NCBI GenBank assembly: GCA_010092885.1
Contig: JAADYX010000127.1
Span: 2,369-66,368, forward strand
Source: Chloroflexota bacterium
GTDB lineage: Bacteria > Chloroflexota > Anaerolineae > Aggregatilineales > UBA3940
Length of the DNA stretch: 64,000 nucleotides
Reading direction: 5' to 3'
In this document: positions 9,645 to 18,584 of the stretch, piece after piece
How the letters are laid out: each line of letters begins with the position of its first letter
Numbering within the stretch: the stretch's first letter is position 1
Program-made: the position numbers and the translations under genes
Notes under the pieces: model-generated
The model's input: only the letters and a program-made list of their open reading frames with translations
What the model was told of the DNA's origin: nothing
Database searches by the model: none

Positions 9645-9986
9645 ATGTATACTGATAATGAACTGCTCTTTCCCAATTATGTGATACCCATGCTGCGCGA
9701 CCTGCGCGGTGAAGAATGGCGAGAACTGGTTGATGCGGTAGTTGAACTCCCCGACGATGACCCCCGTGTGCTCGGCTTTGTACTGATGATGATCCGCCTG
9801 GACGGCTGCATGGACTGCGAAACCGACAGCTACCGGGCAATGCGGGGCTGTGCGCTGTGTGCCACACAGACCTTGCGCCGCTTTAAGGGATCGGATGAGG
9901 ATCTGCTGGCAGCTTACCACACCGCTCTTGCTGATGTGGAAGCCTGGCTCGAAGTGCAGCGCAGCGACGGTCTGCGTATCGCGTAA
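9645..9986 (+). CDS. hypothetical cytoplasmic protein with a CxxC-x11-CxxC cluster
   Basis: GGAGGA SD and ATG start. Cluster is DGCMDCETDSYRAMRGCALC. Followed by an intrinsic terminator. Confidence 0.6.
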   Translation: MYTDNELLFPNYVIPMLRDLRGEEWRELVDAVVELPDDDPRVLGFVLMMIRLDGCMDCETDSYRAMRGCALCATQTLRRFKGSDEDLLAAYHTALADVEAWLEVQRSDGLRIA

Positions 9987-10013
9987 CAACAAACTTATTC
10001 AAGGCTTCATTTG

Positions 10014-10044
10014 CGCCCGGAGGTATCCGGGCGTATTGTTTTTT
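10014..10044 (+). terminator. intrinsic terminator
   Basis: Stem cgcccgga / tccgggcg (8 bp, loop ggta) followed by tattgtttttt. Confidence 0.6.
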
Positions 10045-10046
10045 GC

Positions 10047-11138
10047 ATGTTTCTCATTGTCCTGCGCTCTCTGCTCCTCATCGCCCTGTCAACGGGTGCT
10101 GCTGTGGCGCTGTCTGTGGTACGCTGGCCGCGCTGGCTGCTGATTCCGGCTGCCCTGCCCCCCCTCTGTATCGCCCTACCTGCTGTCCTCCTGTTGGATG
10201 CCCGCCTCGGATGGATCGCCCCGGGTGGACCTGCGTCCTATTTGCTTGGCGCGTTGCTGCTGGCGCTCTACCCGGGGGGTATCGCCTCACATGCTGACTC
10301 CCTGAATGCTCGTCTGCGCCTGGTTGCCGCCGAAAGCTGGTGGCTCATCACCGGGATCCTGACCCTTGAACCCGTGCTCGGCATTGATGGGCTCGGTACC
10401 AGCCTGTGGGCTGGAGTCGTTGTCGTACCGGTGCTGGTATGTGTGCTGCTCTCAGTGGTTGCGTTTCTCTCGTCACGACAAGTCGAGCAAAGCCTGAGGG
10501 TTGACCAGCCCCGATGGATCCTGCCCGCTCTGCTCATTGTTGTATTTGGGCTGAGTATATGGGGTTCGCTCCAGCCCTTTGCCCAGGCAAACCCAACGGC
10601 TGCGTATGAGCAGCGGTCGAGTCAGAATCCACTTGGCACGGATTACGCCGGTCGCGATGTATTGCATATGGGGCTTATTGTTCAGCCTGCCACATTGACT
10701 GCCACTGCTGCCGCTGCTCTTCTGACGGGATTGACTGCTGCTGCAATCCACAACCGGCTCGATATACAGGCCATACGTGCATTGGGACCGCCCGCGCTGT
10801 GGATACTAGCTCTGGTTTTCCTATTGGGGAGCCGATCTTGGATTCTCGTGCTCTTCGCGACCGCCGCACTCGCCCTGCCATATGCAGCCACACATCGCTT
10901 CAGTGGTGGTGTCTTTGTGGCCTTTCACACCCTGTTCGCGGTCGGCACGCTGCTTCCCTTGCCCATGACACTGGGAGGTCTGTATGCTGGCTTTCCGGAA
11001 TTTCTAGCGGTGGCGCATGTGGTTAGCGACTCGCGATTTCTCTGGCAGATGGCATACGCTGCTGCCGCAAGCGTGCCCCTGGCGGCATTGGTTGCCCTCA
11101 TGCGCTTCACCCGAACTATTGGGGCTCACACCATTTAG
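10047..11138 (+). CDS. polytopic membrane protein with an OppC/DppC-like 'GTD..GRD' motif
   Basis: Start moved to ATG 10047 because the TTG at 10011 lies inside the upstream terminator. About 9 hydrophobic helices. NPLGTDYAGRDVLHMGL resembles the N-terminal motif of ABC peptide permeases, but no partner genes are present. Confidence 0.55.
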   Translation: MFLIVLRSLLLIALSTGAAVALSVVRWPRWLLIPAALPPLCIALPAVLLLDARLGWIAPGGPASYLLGALLLALYPGGIASHADSLNARLRLVAAESWWLITGILTLEPVLGIDGLGTSLWAGVVVVPVLVCVLLSVVAFLSSRQVEQSLRVDQPRWILPALLIVVFGLSIWGSLQPFAQANPTAAYEQRSSQNPLGTDYAGRDVLHMGLIVQPATLTATAAAALLTGLTAAAIHNRLDIQAIRALGPPALWILALVFLLGSRSWILVLFATAALALPYAATHRFSGGVFVAFHTLFAVGTLLPLPMTLGGLYAGFPEFLAVAHVVSDSRFLWQMAYAAAASVPLAALVALMRFTRTIGAHTI

Positions 11139-11276
11139 CAAACGCGATATGATGGCTTTGCAGCAGCGAAACAACGTGCTGTGGTTTGGCTATCAACCGC
11201 ACATTAACGGGCGGGTTCGCCGCTGACAGGGTGCCCGGTTAGAATCGTCCCGTTCCATCCCAGAGAGGAGAAACCA

Positions 11277-14054
11277 ATGGTAGCGCCAGTATGGCACAGC
11301 ATCCCCCCAGAACGGGTGCTGGAAGAGCAGCATGTCCAACAGAGCAAAGGGTTGACCCAACAGGAGGTCATCCAACGCCGGGAAAAGTATGGCCCAAATG
11401 AGCTTCGCGAACAGCCGCGTCCGGGATTTCTGCACCGCCTGATCAACCAGTTCAAGGATGCAGTCGTACTCCTGTTGATCGCAGCAGCGATTATCTCCGC
11501 TGTACTCGGTGAGTTTATAGAGTCCATCGCCATTGTGGTCATTGTGGCGCTCAACGCTGCCCTGGGTGTCATTCAGGAAGGGCGGGCCGAGCGGGCATTG
11601 GCTGAACTCAAGAAGATGAGTGCCCCTTCGGCCAGGGTGCGCCGCGGTGGCAAGATCGTTGACGTGCCCGAAAACGAGGTCGTTCCGGGAGATATTGTCC
11701 TCCTTGAGGCAGGCAGCTATGTCCCCGCAGATCTGCGCCTGCTGCAAAGTGCCAATCTCCAGATAGACGAGGCCTCCCTCACGGGTGAATCGGTGCCAGT
11801 CAACAAAAAGGCCGAACAAACCCTGGATGAGGACGCCGCGCTGGGTGATCGCAAGAATATGGCCTACAAGAGCACACTGGTTACCTACGGACGCGGCGAG
11901 GGCATCGTGATCTCCACGGGCATGGAAACCGAGATCGGCAAAATCGCAGAGATGATTCAGGCGGTTGAGGACGAAGAAACACCGCTCCAGCAGCGCCTGA
12001 ATCAGCTTGGCAGATGGCTGGCCTACGGTGCTCTGGTCCTGTGCGCAATTGTTTTTGCTGTTGCCTTCATCCAGAAGCTTGGTACGGTCGATACCACAAC
12101 CGGAGAGGCGTTCACTACGGCACTCCAACAGGCCGCTGTCCCGGCCTTTCTGACAGCTGTTGCATTGGCAGTGGCCGCCGTGCCGGAAGGGTTGCCGGCT
12201 GTTGTTACAATCAACCTCGCCCTCGGTATGCAGCGCATGGTGGAACGCAACGCCCTTATCCGGCGGCTGCCCGCTGTGGAAACATTGGGGAGTGCCTCCG
12301 CGATCTGTTCCGACAAGACCGGCACCCTCACCCAAAATGAGATGACCGTCAGGCGGATCTATCTGCCGGGCCGCATGTTGGATGTGGAAGGCAAAGGCTA
12401 CGAGCCTCAAGGTGATTTCATAGACGATGGCGACAGCTTCGCCCCGGCCAGCGATGAAGCCCTGATGCACGTGCTGAAGGCGGCAGCTCTCGTCAATGAT
12501 GCCCGGCTTGAGAAGGAAGATGGCCATTGGCGTATCATCGGCGATCCAACGGAGGGCGCCCTTGTGGTCGCCGCGGCCAAGGCCGGTCTGGACCTTCGAG
12601 AGCTTAACGAGACCTACAACCGTGTGGATGAAGTTCCTTTTGACTCCGCGCGCAAGCGCATGAGCACCCTGCACATCGACCCGGATCGCGACGGACAGCC
12701 CACACTGTTCGTGAAGGGAGCCCCGGATATTGTCTTGGAGCGCTGCACCCATATCGCCGTCAACGGGGAGATCAAACCCCTTTCCGATGAGCAGCGCCAG
12801 CACATCGCAGAGGTTAACACCAACATGGCGCAGGCCGCGCTGCGCATCCTTGCCGTAGCCGAACGCCACTATGACCAACAACCAGACGATCTTGATCCGG
12901 ATGCTGACGAAGACAGGCTGGTCTTCCTTGGTCTGCTCGGCATGATTGACCCGGCCCGGCCCGAAGTCAAACCTGCCATTGCCCGCGCCCGCGACGCCGG
13001 GATCAAAACCGTCATGGTCACCGGGGACTATCCTGACACCGCCCGTGCTATCGCCGCTGAGATCGGCCTGCTCTCCGAGAATGGGCGGGTTGTCACCGGT
13101 CGCGAACTCGACACGATCGAGGACGATGAGCTGTCAACCACGCTAGACGAGGTTGATGTTTTCGCGCGTGTCTCTCCGGAGCATAAGGTCCGCATTGTTG
13201 ATGCCTTCCGTCAGAAGGACTTCGTCGTCGCCATGACGGGCGATGGTGTCAACGATGCGCCCGCCCTCAAGCGAGCCAGCATCGGTGTGGCGATGGGCAT
13301 CACCGGTACCGATGTCACAAAAGAGACCGCCGATATGGTTCTCACCGATGACAACTATGTCAGCATTGTGAATGCTGTGGAGGAAGGGCGCGTCATCTAT
13401 GACAATATCCGCAAGTTCGTCAACTTCCTGCTGACGTGCAACCTCGCTGAGATCGCGGTTATCTTTTTCGGGACGCTGCTCGGCCATCCCGAGATCCTCA
13501 CACCAATCCAGCTTTTGTGGCTGAATCTGATTACGGATGGTGCGCCTGCCCTTGCGTTGGGTGTCGAAAAGGGCGATCCGAACGTAATGGACCGCAAGCC
13601 GCGCCCGCCCGGCGAGCCCATCATTGACGGCGTCATGCGCACCGGCATGATTGTGCAGACCATCGCCAAAACAGTCGTGACCCTGATCGCCTTCTTCATC
13701 GGTTTGGAGACGGTCGGTGAGGAACATGCTCGCAGCTTGGCGTTTATTGTGCTCGCCTTCTCAGAATTGGCGCGTGCCTATACATCGCGCTCAGAGTTCT
13801 ATTCGGTCTTCAAGATCGGGTTCTTCAGCAATAAGTGGATGCAGGTGGCGGTTGGTGTATCGATTGTGCTGCTGCTCGGAGTGATCTACATTCCGTTCTT
13901 CAACCCAATCTTCGATACAGTGCCGCTCACCCTGCGGGAATGGGGTATCGTACTGCCGCTCGTTCTGATCCCCTCGATTTCCGCCGAGGTCACCAAGCTC
14001 TTTATCCGGCAGGCACATGACACCCGGCGCGAGGCCGCGGCAGCCTTGGGCTAA
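11277..14054 (+). CDS. P-type cation-transporting ATPase, P2 (SERCA/PMCA-like, probable Ca2+)
   Basis: Motifs LTGESVPV, DKTGTLTQNEM, TGDYPDTA, MTGDGVNDAPALK. N-terminal GLTQQEVIQRREKYGPNEL. GAGGAG SD. Confidence 0.95.
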   Translation: MVAPVWHSIPPERVLEEQHVQQSKGLTQQEVIQRREKYGPNELREQPRPGFLHRLINQFKDAVVLLLIAAAIISAVLGEFIESIAIVVIVALNAALGVIQEGRAERALAELKKMSAPSARVRRGGKIVDVPENEVVPGDIVLLEAGSYVPADLRLLQSANLQIDEASLTGESVPVNKKAEQTLDEDAALGDRKNMAYKSTLVTYGRGEGIVISTGMETEIGKIAEMIQAVEDEETPLQQRLNQLGRWLAYGALVLCAIVFAVAFIQKLGTVDTTTGEAFTTALQQAAVPAFLTAVALAVAAVPEGLPAVVTINLALGMQRMVERNALIRRLPAVETLGSASAICSDKTGTLTQNEMTVRRIYLPGRMLDVEGKGYEPQGDFIDDGDSFAPASDEALMHVLKAAALVNDARLEKEDGHWRIIGDPTEGALVVAAAKAGLDLRELNETYNRVDEVPFDSARKRMSTLHIDPDRDGQPTLFVKGAPDIVLERCTHIAVNGEIKPLSDEQRQHIAEVNTNMAQAALRILAVAERHYDQQPDDLDPDADEDRLVFLGLLGMIDPARPEVKPAIARARDAGIKTVMVTGDYPDTARAIAAEIGLLSENGRVVTGRELDTIEDDELSTTLDEVDVFARVSPEHKVRIVDAFRQKDFVVAMTGDGVNDAPALKRASIGVAMGITGTDVTKETADMVLTDDNYVSIVNAVEEGRVIYDNIRKFVNFLLTCNLAEIAVIFFGTLLGHPEILTPIQLLWLNLITDGAPALALGVEKGDPNVMDRKPRPPGEPIIDGVMRTGMIVQTIAKTVVTLIAFFIGLETVGEEHARSLAFIVLAFSELARAYTSRSEFYSVFKIGFFSNKWMQVAVGVSIVLLLGVIYIPFFNPIFDTVPLTLREWGIVLPLVLIPSISAEVTKLFIRQAHDTRREAAAALG

Positions 14055-14085
14055 GTCTAAACAAAAGGCTCCCTGTTGATGTGGC

Positions 14086-14688
14086 TTAGTCTTCGCTGTC
14101 AGCCTGTTGGTGGATGCGTCGCAGGGCGGCAGCCGCCGCCTTGCGCACGCGCTTCGAGCCGTCGGTCAGAGCGTCTTCGAGCGCCTCTACGCCATCGGTA
14201 AATCCCGCTGCACCGATTGCCTCGGCCGCCGCTTCTCGCACCAGCCAGTCCTCATCGCGCAGGGCACCACGCAAAGCAGGCAGCCCTGATGCATGTGCGA
14301 TACGACCCAGCGCTGCCGCGGCGGCCTGCCGGACATCGGCCACGGGGTCATCAGCCAGTGCAGAGGCCAGCGCGGGAACCGCACGCGAATCATGGATATG
14401 ACCAAGGGCCCACGCCGCATTCACGCGCACATCCTCATGCGTATCAGCCATGGCTTTCACCAGCCCATCGATAGCGGCAGGCGCACCGATCATGCCTAAT
14501 TCCCACGCCGCAGTACTTCGCACTGTGCGCATCGAGTCCTGAAGGTCGGTCAGTACGAGCTTCAGCGCACCGTCACCAGCACGGCGTAGCAGCCTGATGG
14601 CATCCATGCGTTGTTGGTCATTGTCGCCATGCAGCGCGGAACGCAGTTGTGCGACGGGTGTTTCTTCATCAAGGGGTTGCTCCAGCAT
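14086..14688 (-). CDS. HEAT-repeat (PBS-lyase type) protein
   Basis: Repeated units: D..VR..AAWALG.IG...A...L..AL.D. Confidence 0.8.
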   Translation of the reverse strand: MLEQPLDEETPVAQLRSALHGDNDQQRMDAIRLLRRAGDGALKLVLTDLQDSMRTVRSTAAWELGMIGAPAAIDGLVKAMADTHEDVRVNAAWALGHIHDSRAVPALASALADDPVADVRQAAAAALGRIAHASGLPALRGALRDEDWLVREAAAEAIGAAGFTDGVEALEDALTDGSKRVRKAAAAALRRIHQQADSED

Positions 14689-14747
14689 AGGTCAACCATA
14701 CTCTTTCCCATCGAAAGTGCGCAAGTGGGCAGCATTGGCCTGTTTTC

Positions 14748-14756
14748 TGATAGAAT
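14748..14756 (+). promoter_or_regulatory. candidate extended -10 element (TGaTAGAAT) upstream of pyk
   Basis: Read at 14748-14756, 35 nt before the ATG. No convincing -35. Confidence 0.3.
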
Positions 14757-14790
14757 GCCTGTGAGTCCGGTTAACAGTTAGGAAAAGGGC

Positions 14791-16296
14791 ATGATCCGCA
14801 CAAAGATCGTCTGTACAATTGGACCCGCCTCCCGCGACCCTGATACCCTGCGAGCCATGGTTAACGCTGGCATGGATATCGCACGGCTGAACTTTTCCCA
14901 CGGTGATCACGACTATCATAAAGGCACAATGGAGTTTGTACGGCAGGTTTCTCAGGAAACTGGTAAACCGGTCGGTATCCTGGTCGATCTGCAAGGCCCC
15001 AAGATGCGCGTCGGGGACATGAGTGACGATGGTGTGTTCATCAACCAAGGTGAACGCATCCAACTTACCATGCACCCTATCATCGGGCACCGCGTCGAAG
15101 AGGACGATGCCGAGTTCAAAGCCGTAATTCCTGTACAGTACCGGATGCTGCCGCGCGACGTCCGACCCGGCGAACATATCCTCCTTGATGATGGTCTGCT
15201 TGAGCTTCAAGTGCTTGAAACTGCCTCGTCGCAGATCGCCTGTGAGGTGGTCGTCGGCGGACTGCTCAAGAGCAATAAAGGGCTCAACCTGCCCAACACC
15301 CGCCTGTCGATCCCGTCCATCACGGAAAAGGATTGGCTCGACCTCGACTTTGCGCTGGAAAATGAGGCCGATTGGATCGCGCTGTCTTTTGTGCGTGTTG
15401 CTGAGGATGTACACCGGTTGAAGAGCTATATCGGGGACAATTTCGTCTCCGAACGCCCACCGATGATCATCAGCAAGATTGAGAAGCCTGAAGCCCTTGA
15501 GGTCATTGACGAAATCATTGACGCATCAGATGGCATCATGGTAGCCCGCGGCGATCTCGGCATCGAGATCCCGCCGGAGAAAGTCCCCCTCGTCCAGAAG
15601 AAACTGATCCGGGCATGCAACAACGCTGGCAAGCCAGTCATTACCGCCACGCAGATGCTCGACTCAATGATCCGCAATCCGCGACCCACCCGCGCTGAAG
15701 CCAGTGATGTGGCCAACGCTATTCTGGATGGGACCGATGCCCTCATGCTCTCCGGTGAGACAGCCGCGGGCAAGTATCCGGTTGAGGCAGTCCGGACCAT
15801 GGCCAGCATCGCCTTTGAAATGGAGCAGGCCATGTTGGCCCCTGAGGGTCGAGGTTGGCGGGCTCCCGCCCACGTCAGCCATCGCTCGGATGATGTCACG
15901 GATGCGGTTAGCTACTCAACGTGCGAAACAGCCGAAAGCCTTGGTGCTTCTGCAATCATCACAGCCACTTCCAGCGGGCGAACAGCCCGCTCTGTTGCGC
16001 GTTATCGTCCCCACACGCGGGTGGTAGCTGTCACCCCTAATGCGATCACCCAACGCCAGCTTATGCTCACATGGGGGATCATGCCGCTGCTGAGCAAAGT
16101 AGCCGGCGAGGCGCAGACAGTTGTCCGCGACAGCGTGGCCCGTGCTGTCGAGGCCGGGTTGGTCAAACCCGGCGACCGTGTCGTCATCACAGCGGGCATT
16201 GCGAACAATCTGCCCGGACAGACCAACGTCATGCTGATTGAGCAAGTTGAGGACGCAGGCCGCATCGACTTCCCCGAGTCGCCCGGCGATCAATAA
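14791..16296 (+). CDS. pyk: pyruvate kinase
   Basis: TKIVCTIGPAS, ARLNFSHGDHDYH, MVARGDLGIEIP, TQMLDSM; full length. Confidence 0.95.
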   Translation: MIRTKIVCTIGPASRDPDTLRAMVNAGMDIARLNFSHGDHDYHKGTMEFVRQVSQETGKPVGILVDLQGPKMRVGDMSDDGVFINQGERIQLTMHPIIGHRVEEDDAEFKAVIPVQYRMLPRDVRPGEHILLDDGLLELQVLETASSQIACEVVVGGLLKSNKGLNLPNTRLSIPSITEKDWLDLDFALENEADWIALSFVRVAEDVHRLKSYIGDNFVSERPPMIISKIEKPEALEVIDEIIDASDGIMVARGDLGIEIPPEKVPLVQKKLIRACNNAGKPVITATQMLDSMIRNPRPTRAEASDVANAILDGTDALMLSGETAAGKYPVEAVRTMASIAFEMEQAMLAPEGRGWRAPAHVSHRSDDVTDAVSYSTCETAESLGASAIITATSSGRTARSVARYRPHTRVVAVTPNAITQRQLMLTWGIMPLLSKVAGEAQTVVRDSVARAVEAGLVKPGDRVVITAGIANNLPGQTNVMLIEQVEDAGRIDFPESPGDQ

Positions 16297-16312
16297 AACC
16301 AAACATATCCAT

Positions 16313-16334
16313 GGGGAGCACGTTTGTGCTCCCC
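16313..16334 (+). terminator. terminator-like hairpin after pyk (no U-tract)
   Basis: ggggagcac-gttt-gtgctcccc, a 9 bp perfect stem 17 nt after the stop. Confidence 0.45.
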
Positions 16335-16382
16335 GCTGCACGGTTGGGCGAACGTCCATAGGGTGGGTACAATGCGCCCGCT

Positions 16383-18584
16383 ATGACACTCAGACCTATT
16401 CCCATCGCGGCTGTTGTGCTGTTCATTGTGCTCGGCGTGGTGTTCAGCATTGCCAATCCGATCCATGAAGCCACCGACGAGATCCGCCACTATCGTTATG
16501 TCCGTTACCTGGCGGACTTTGGCCGACTGCCTGTGCAGTCCGGTGAGCAGGGCAACGCCCAGGCCCACCATCCACCGCTTTATTATGCAACCGCGGCACT
16601 GGCCAGTTTCTGGATCAACGTCACCGATCCGCTCTACACACCGGAACCCAATCCACATTGGGGATTTCGCAATTGGGAGATCGGTACGGATAACAAGAAC
16701 CTTTACATTCATGGGCCAGACGAAGCATGGCCGTTCCGCGATGCAGCTTTGGCTTCTCGGGCTGCCCGTTGGGTGACTGTGCTGTGGGGTGCAGGAGCCG
16801 TCCTGTTTACCTACCTGATCAGCCGCGAGGTCTTCCCCAACGAACCTGCCATTCACCTGACAGCCACCGGTCTGATCGCCCTCAACCCGATGTTCCTGTA
16901 TTTGGGCGGTGCAGTAAACAACGATGTGCCTGCTGCGCTGGCTGCTGCAGCTATCACTTATCTGTGTGTCGTCACCGTTCGGGACGGCCTAACCCGGAGA
17001 CGGGCCGTGCTGTTCGGGGTACTCTATGGGCTGGCGATGCTGGTCAAATTCAATCTGCTGGCCATGGCTGCGCCCATTGCGCTGGCAATGCTGATCGCCC
17101 CACACACCGAAGGCCGCCGTTTCAGACAGATTGCAGAGACAGCAGCTATCGCCGCTGCAGCCGCGCTCGCGATCTGCGGTTGGTGGTATGTGCGCAACAC
17201 GATTCTCTACGGTGAGCCGACGGGCTTTCTGCGTCTTACGGAGATCTGGGGCTTCCGCGAACCAACGGAAGGGGTCAGCCTCACCATTCCGGAGCTCAGT
17301 TACGCGTGGACCAGCCTGTGGGGGCGCTTCGGTTACGGGCAGATCCCGCTGCCCACACCCATCTACACGATCCTTGCGGTGGTTTGCGGCGTAGGTGGGC
17401 TGGGCATCATGGTTTGGGCAGTTCATACGCGCCGCGAAGACAGTGTCCGCACCCGAATGATCCTCGTTCTGGCGGCGTCTGCGCTTGTGAACTTTGCGGT
17501 CCTATATGCCTATATCACGGTAAGCCCGGCAGGCGCGATGGGGCGCTTCTTCTTCCCTGGCCTACCTGCCTTCGTGATCCTGGTCGCTGCCGGGATCGTC
17601 AAATGGCTGCCGGATCCGGCCAAACTGCCCGCCGCTGGGACTATTACAGCTGTGATGGCAGCCATCGTATGGATAGCGCTCACCGGCTATCTCATCCCAG
17701 CCTACCGCGTCCCACCCGCTGTGGATCCACCTACCGCTGTCGATCCCGTCCCTGTGAGCGATGTGGCACGCATCCTCGATTATGAGGTAAACGGCACTGA
17801 CTTCACACCTGGTGCCCAGATCGACGTCACCGTCACATGGGAGGTGCTGCAGCCCACTGATGTTCCCTATGCGGTGTTTGTGCATCTCATCACGCCTGAA
17901 GGGCTGCTGGTCGCACAGCGCAATACCTACGCCGGTTTGGGTACCTACCCAACACATATCTGGCGGCCGGGACATGTCTTCACGGAAACCTATCGCGTCT
18001 TCCTGCCGGAGACGGCTTACACGCCCGCCGATCTGGATGTACGGATAGGTTTATTCAATCCCACAGCGGGGCGACTGCCTGTGGACGGCAGAGATACACT
18101 GACGATTGACACCATCTCGCTCGCCGCCGATCCAGCCGACTCCTATCCCAACGAGGTGTTCATCAACTACGACAACCACTTTGCACTCGTCGGCTACGAG
18201 ATCAACACGCTGGTCATATGGCAAGGCCAGAAGCTGACGGTCACACTCTACTGGCAGGCACTTGATGTCCCCCAAGACATTCCTTACAAGGTTTTTCTCC
18301 ATCTCAAGGAACCGGATGGCTGGCAGACGTTTGGCGGCGCTGATGGAAACCCCGTGTACGCAGACGGCTCCACCTTGGACTGGGTACCCGGCGAGATCTA
18401 CGTGGATGAGCGCACCTTTCGCCTGGCTCAGGATATTGAACCCGGGATCTACGAACTCGAATTGGGCTGGTACAATGAAGCCGACGGTTCGCGCCTCAAC
18501 ATCATCGCTGAAGAAGGGCACATCATCGACAACTGGTTGATGCTGCACACCATCCTCGTCCAGGACAATCCGCAGCTGCGATGA
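16383..18584 (+). CDS. GT-C fold membrane glycosyltransferase (GT39/ArnT/PMT-like) with two C-terminal beta-rich modules
   Basis: N-terminal DE motif (HEATDEIRHYRY) in the first loop, about 11 TM helices, and LAMLVKFNLL typical of the ArnT/PMT family. C-terminal repeats are described in the findings. Confidence 0.8.
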   Translation: MTLRPIPIAAVVLFIVLGVVFSIANPIHEATDEIRHYRYVRYLADFGRLPVQSGEQGNAQAHHPPLYYATAALASFWINVTDPLYTPEPNPHWGFRNWEIGTDNKNLYIHGPDEAWPFRDAALASRAARWVTVLWGAGAVLFTYLISREVFPNEPAIHLTATGLIALNPMFLYLGGAVNNDVPAALAAAAITYLCVVTVRDGLTRRRAVLFGVLYGLAMLVKFNLLAMAAPIALAMLIAPHTEGRRFRQIAETAAIAAAAALAICGWWYVRNTILYGEPTGFLRLTEIWGFREPTEGVSLTIPELSYAWTSLWGRFGYGQIPLPTPIYTILAVVCGVGGLGIMVWAVHTRREDSVRTRMILVLAASALVNFAVLYAYITVSPAGAMGRFFFPGLPAFVILVAAGIVKWLPDPAKLPAAGTITAVMAAIVWIALTGYLIPAYRVPPAVDPPTAVDPVPVSDVARILDYEVNGTDFTPGAQIDVTVTWEVLQPTDVPYAVFVHLITPEGLLVAQRNTYAGLGTYPTHIWRPGHVFTETYRVFLPETAYTPADLDVRIGLFNPTAGRLPVDGRDTLTIDTISLAADPADSYPNEVFINYDNHFALVGYEINTLVIWQGQKLTVTLYWQALDVPQDIPYKVFLHLKEPDGWQTFGGADGNPVYADGSTLDWVPGEIYVDERTFRLAQDIEPGIYELELGWYNEADGSRLNIIAEEGHIIDNWLMLHTILVQDNPQLR

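Noticed and set aside
11139-11276. Possible riboswitch or leader upstream of the P-type ATPase
   Set aside because: I could not fold a convincing conserved structure or recognise any known riboswitch core. The region is only 138 nt and has weak pairing.
11193-12881. 562 aa ORF on the minus strand
   Set aside because: It is entirely antisense to the P-type ATPase, whose motifs (DKTGTLT, GDGVNDAP) are unambiguous. The translation is Gly/Arg/His-rich with no motifs, a typical high-GC shadow ORF.
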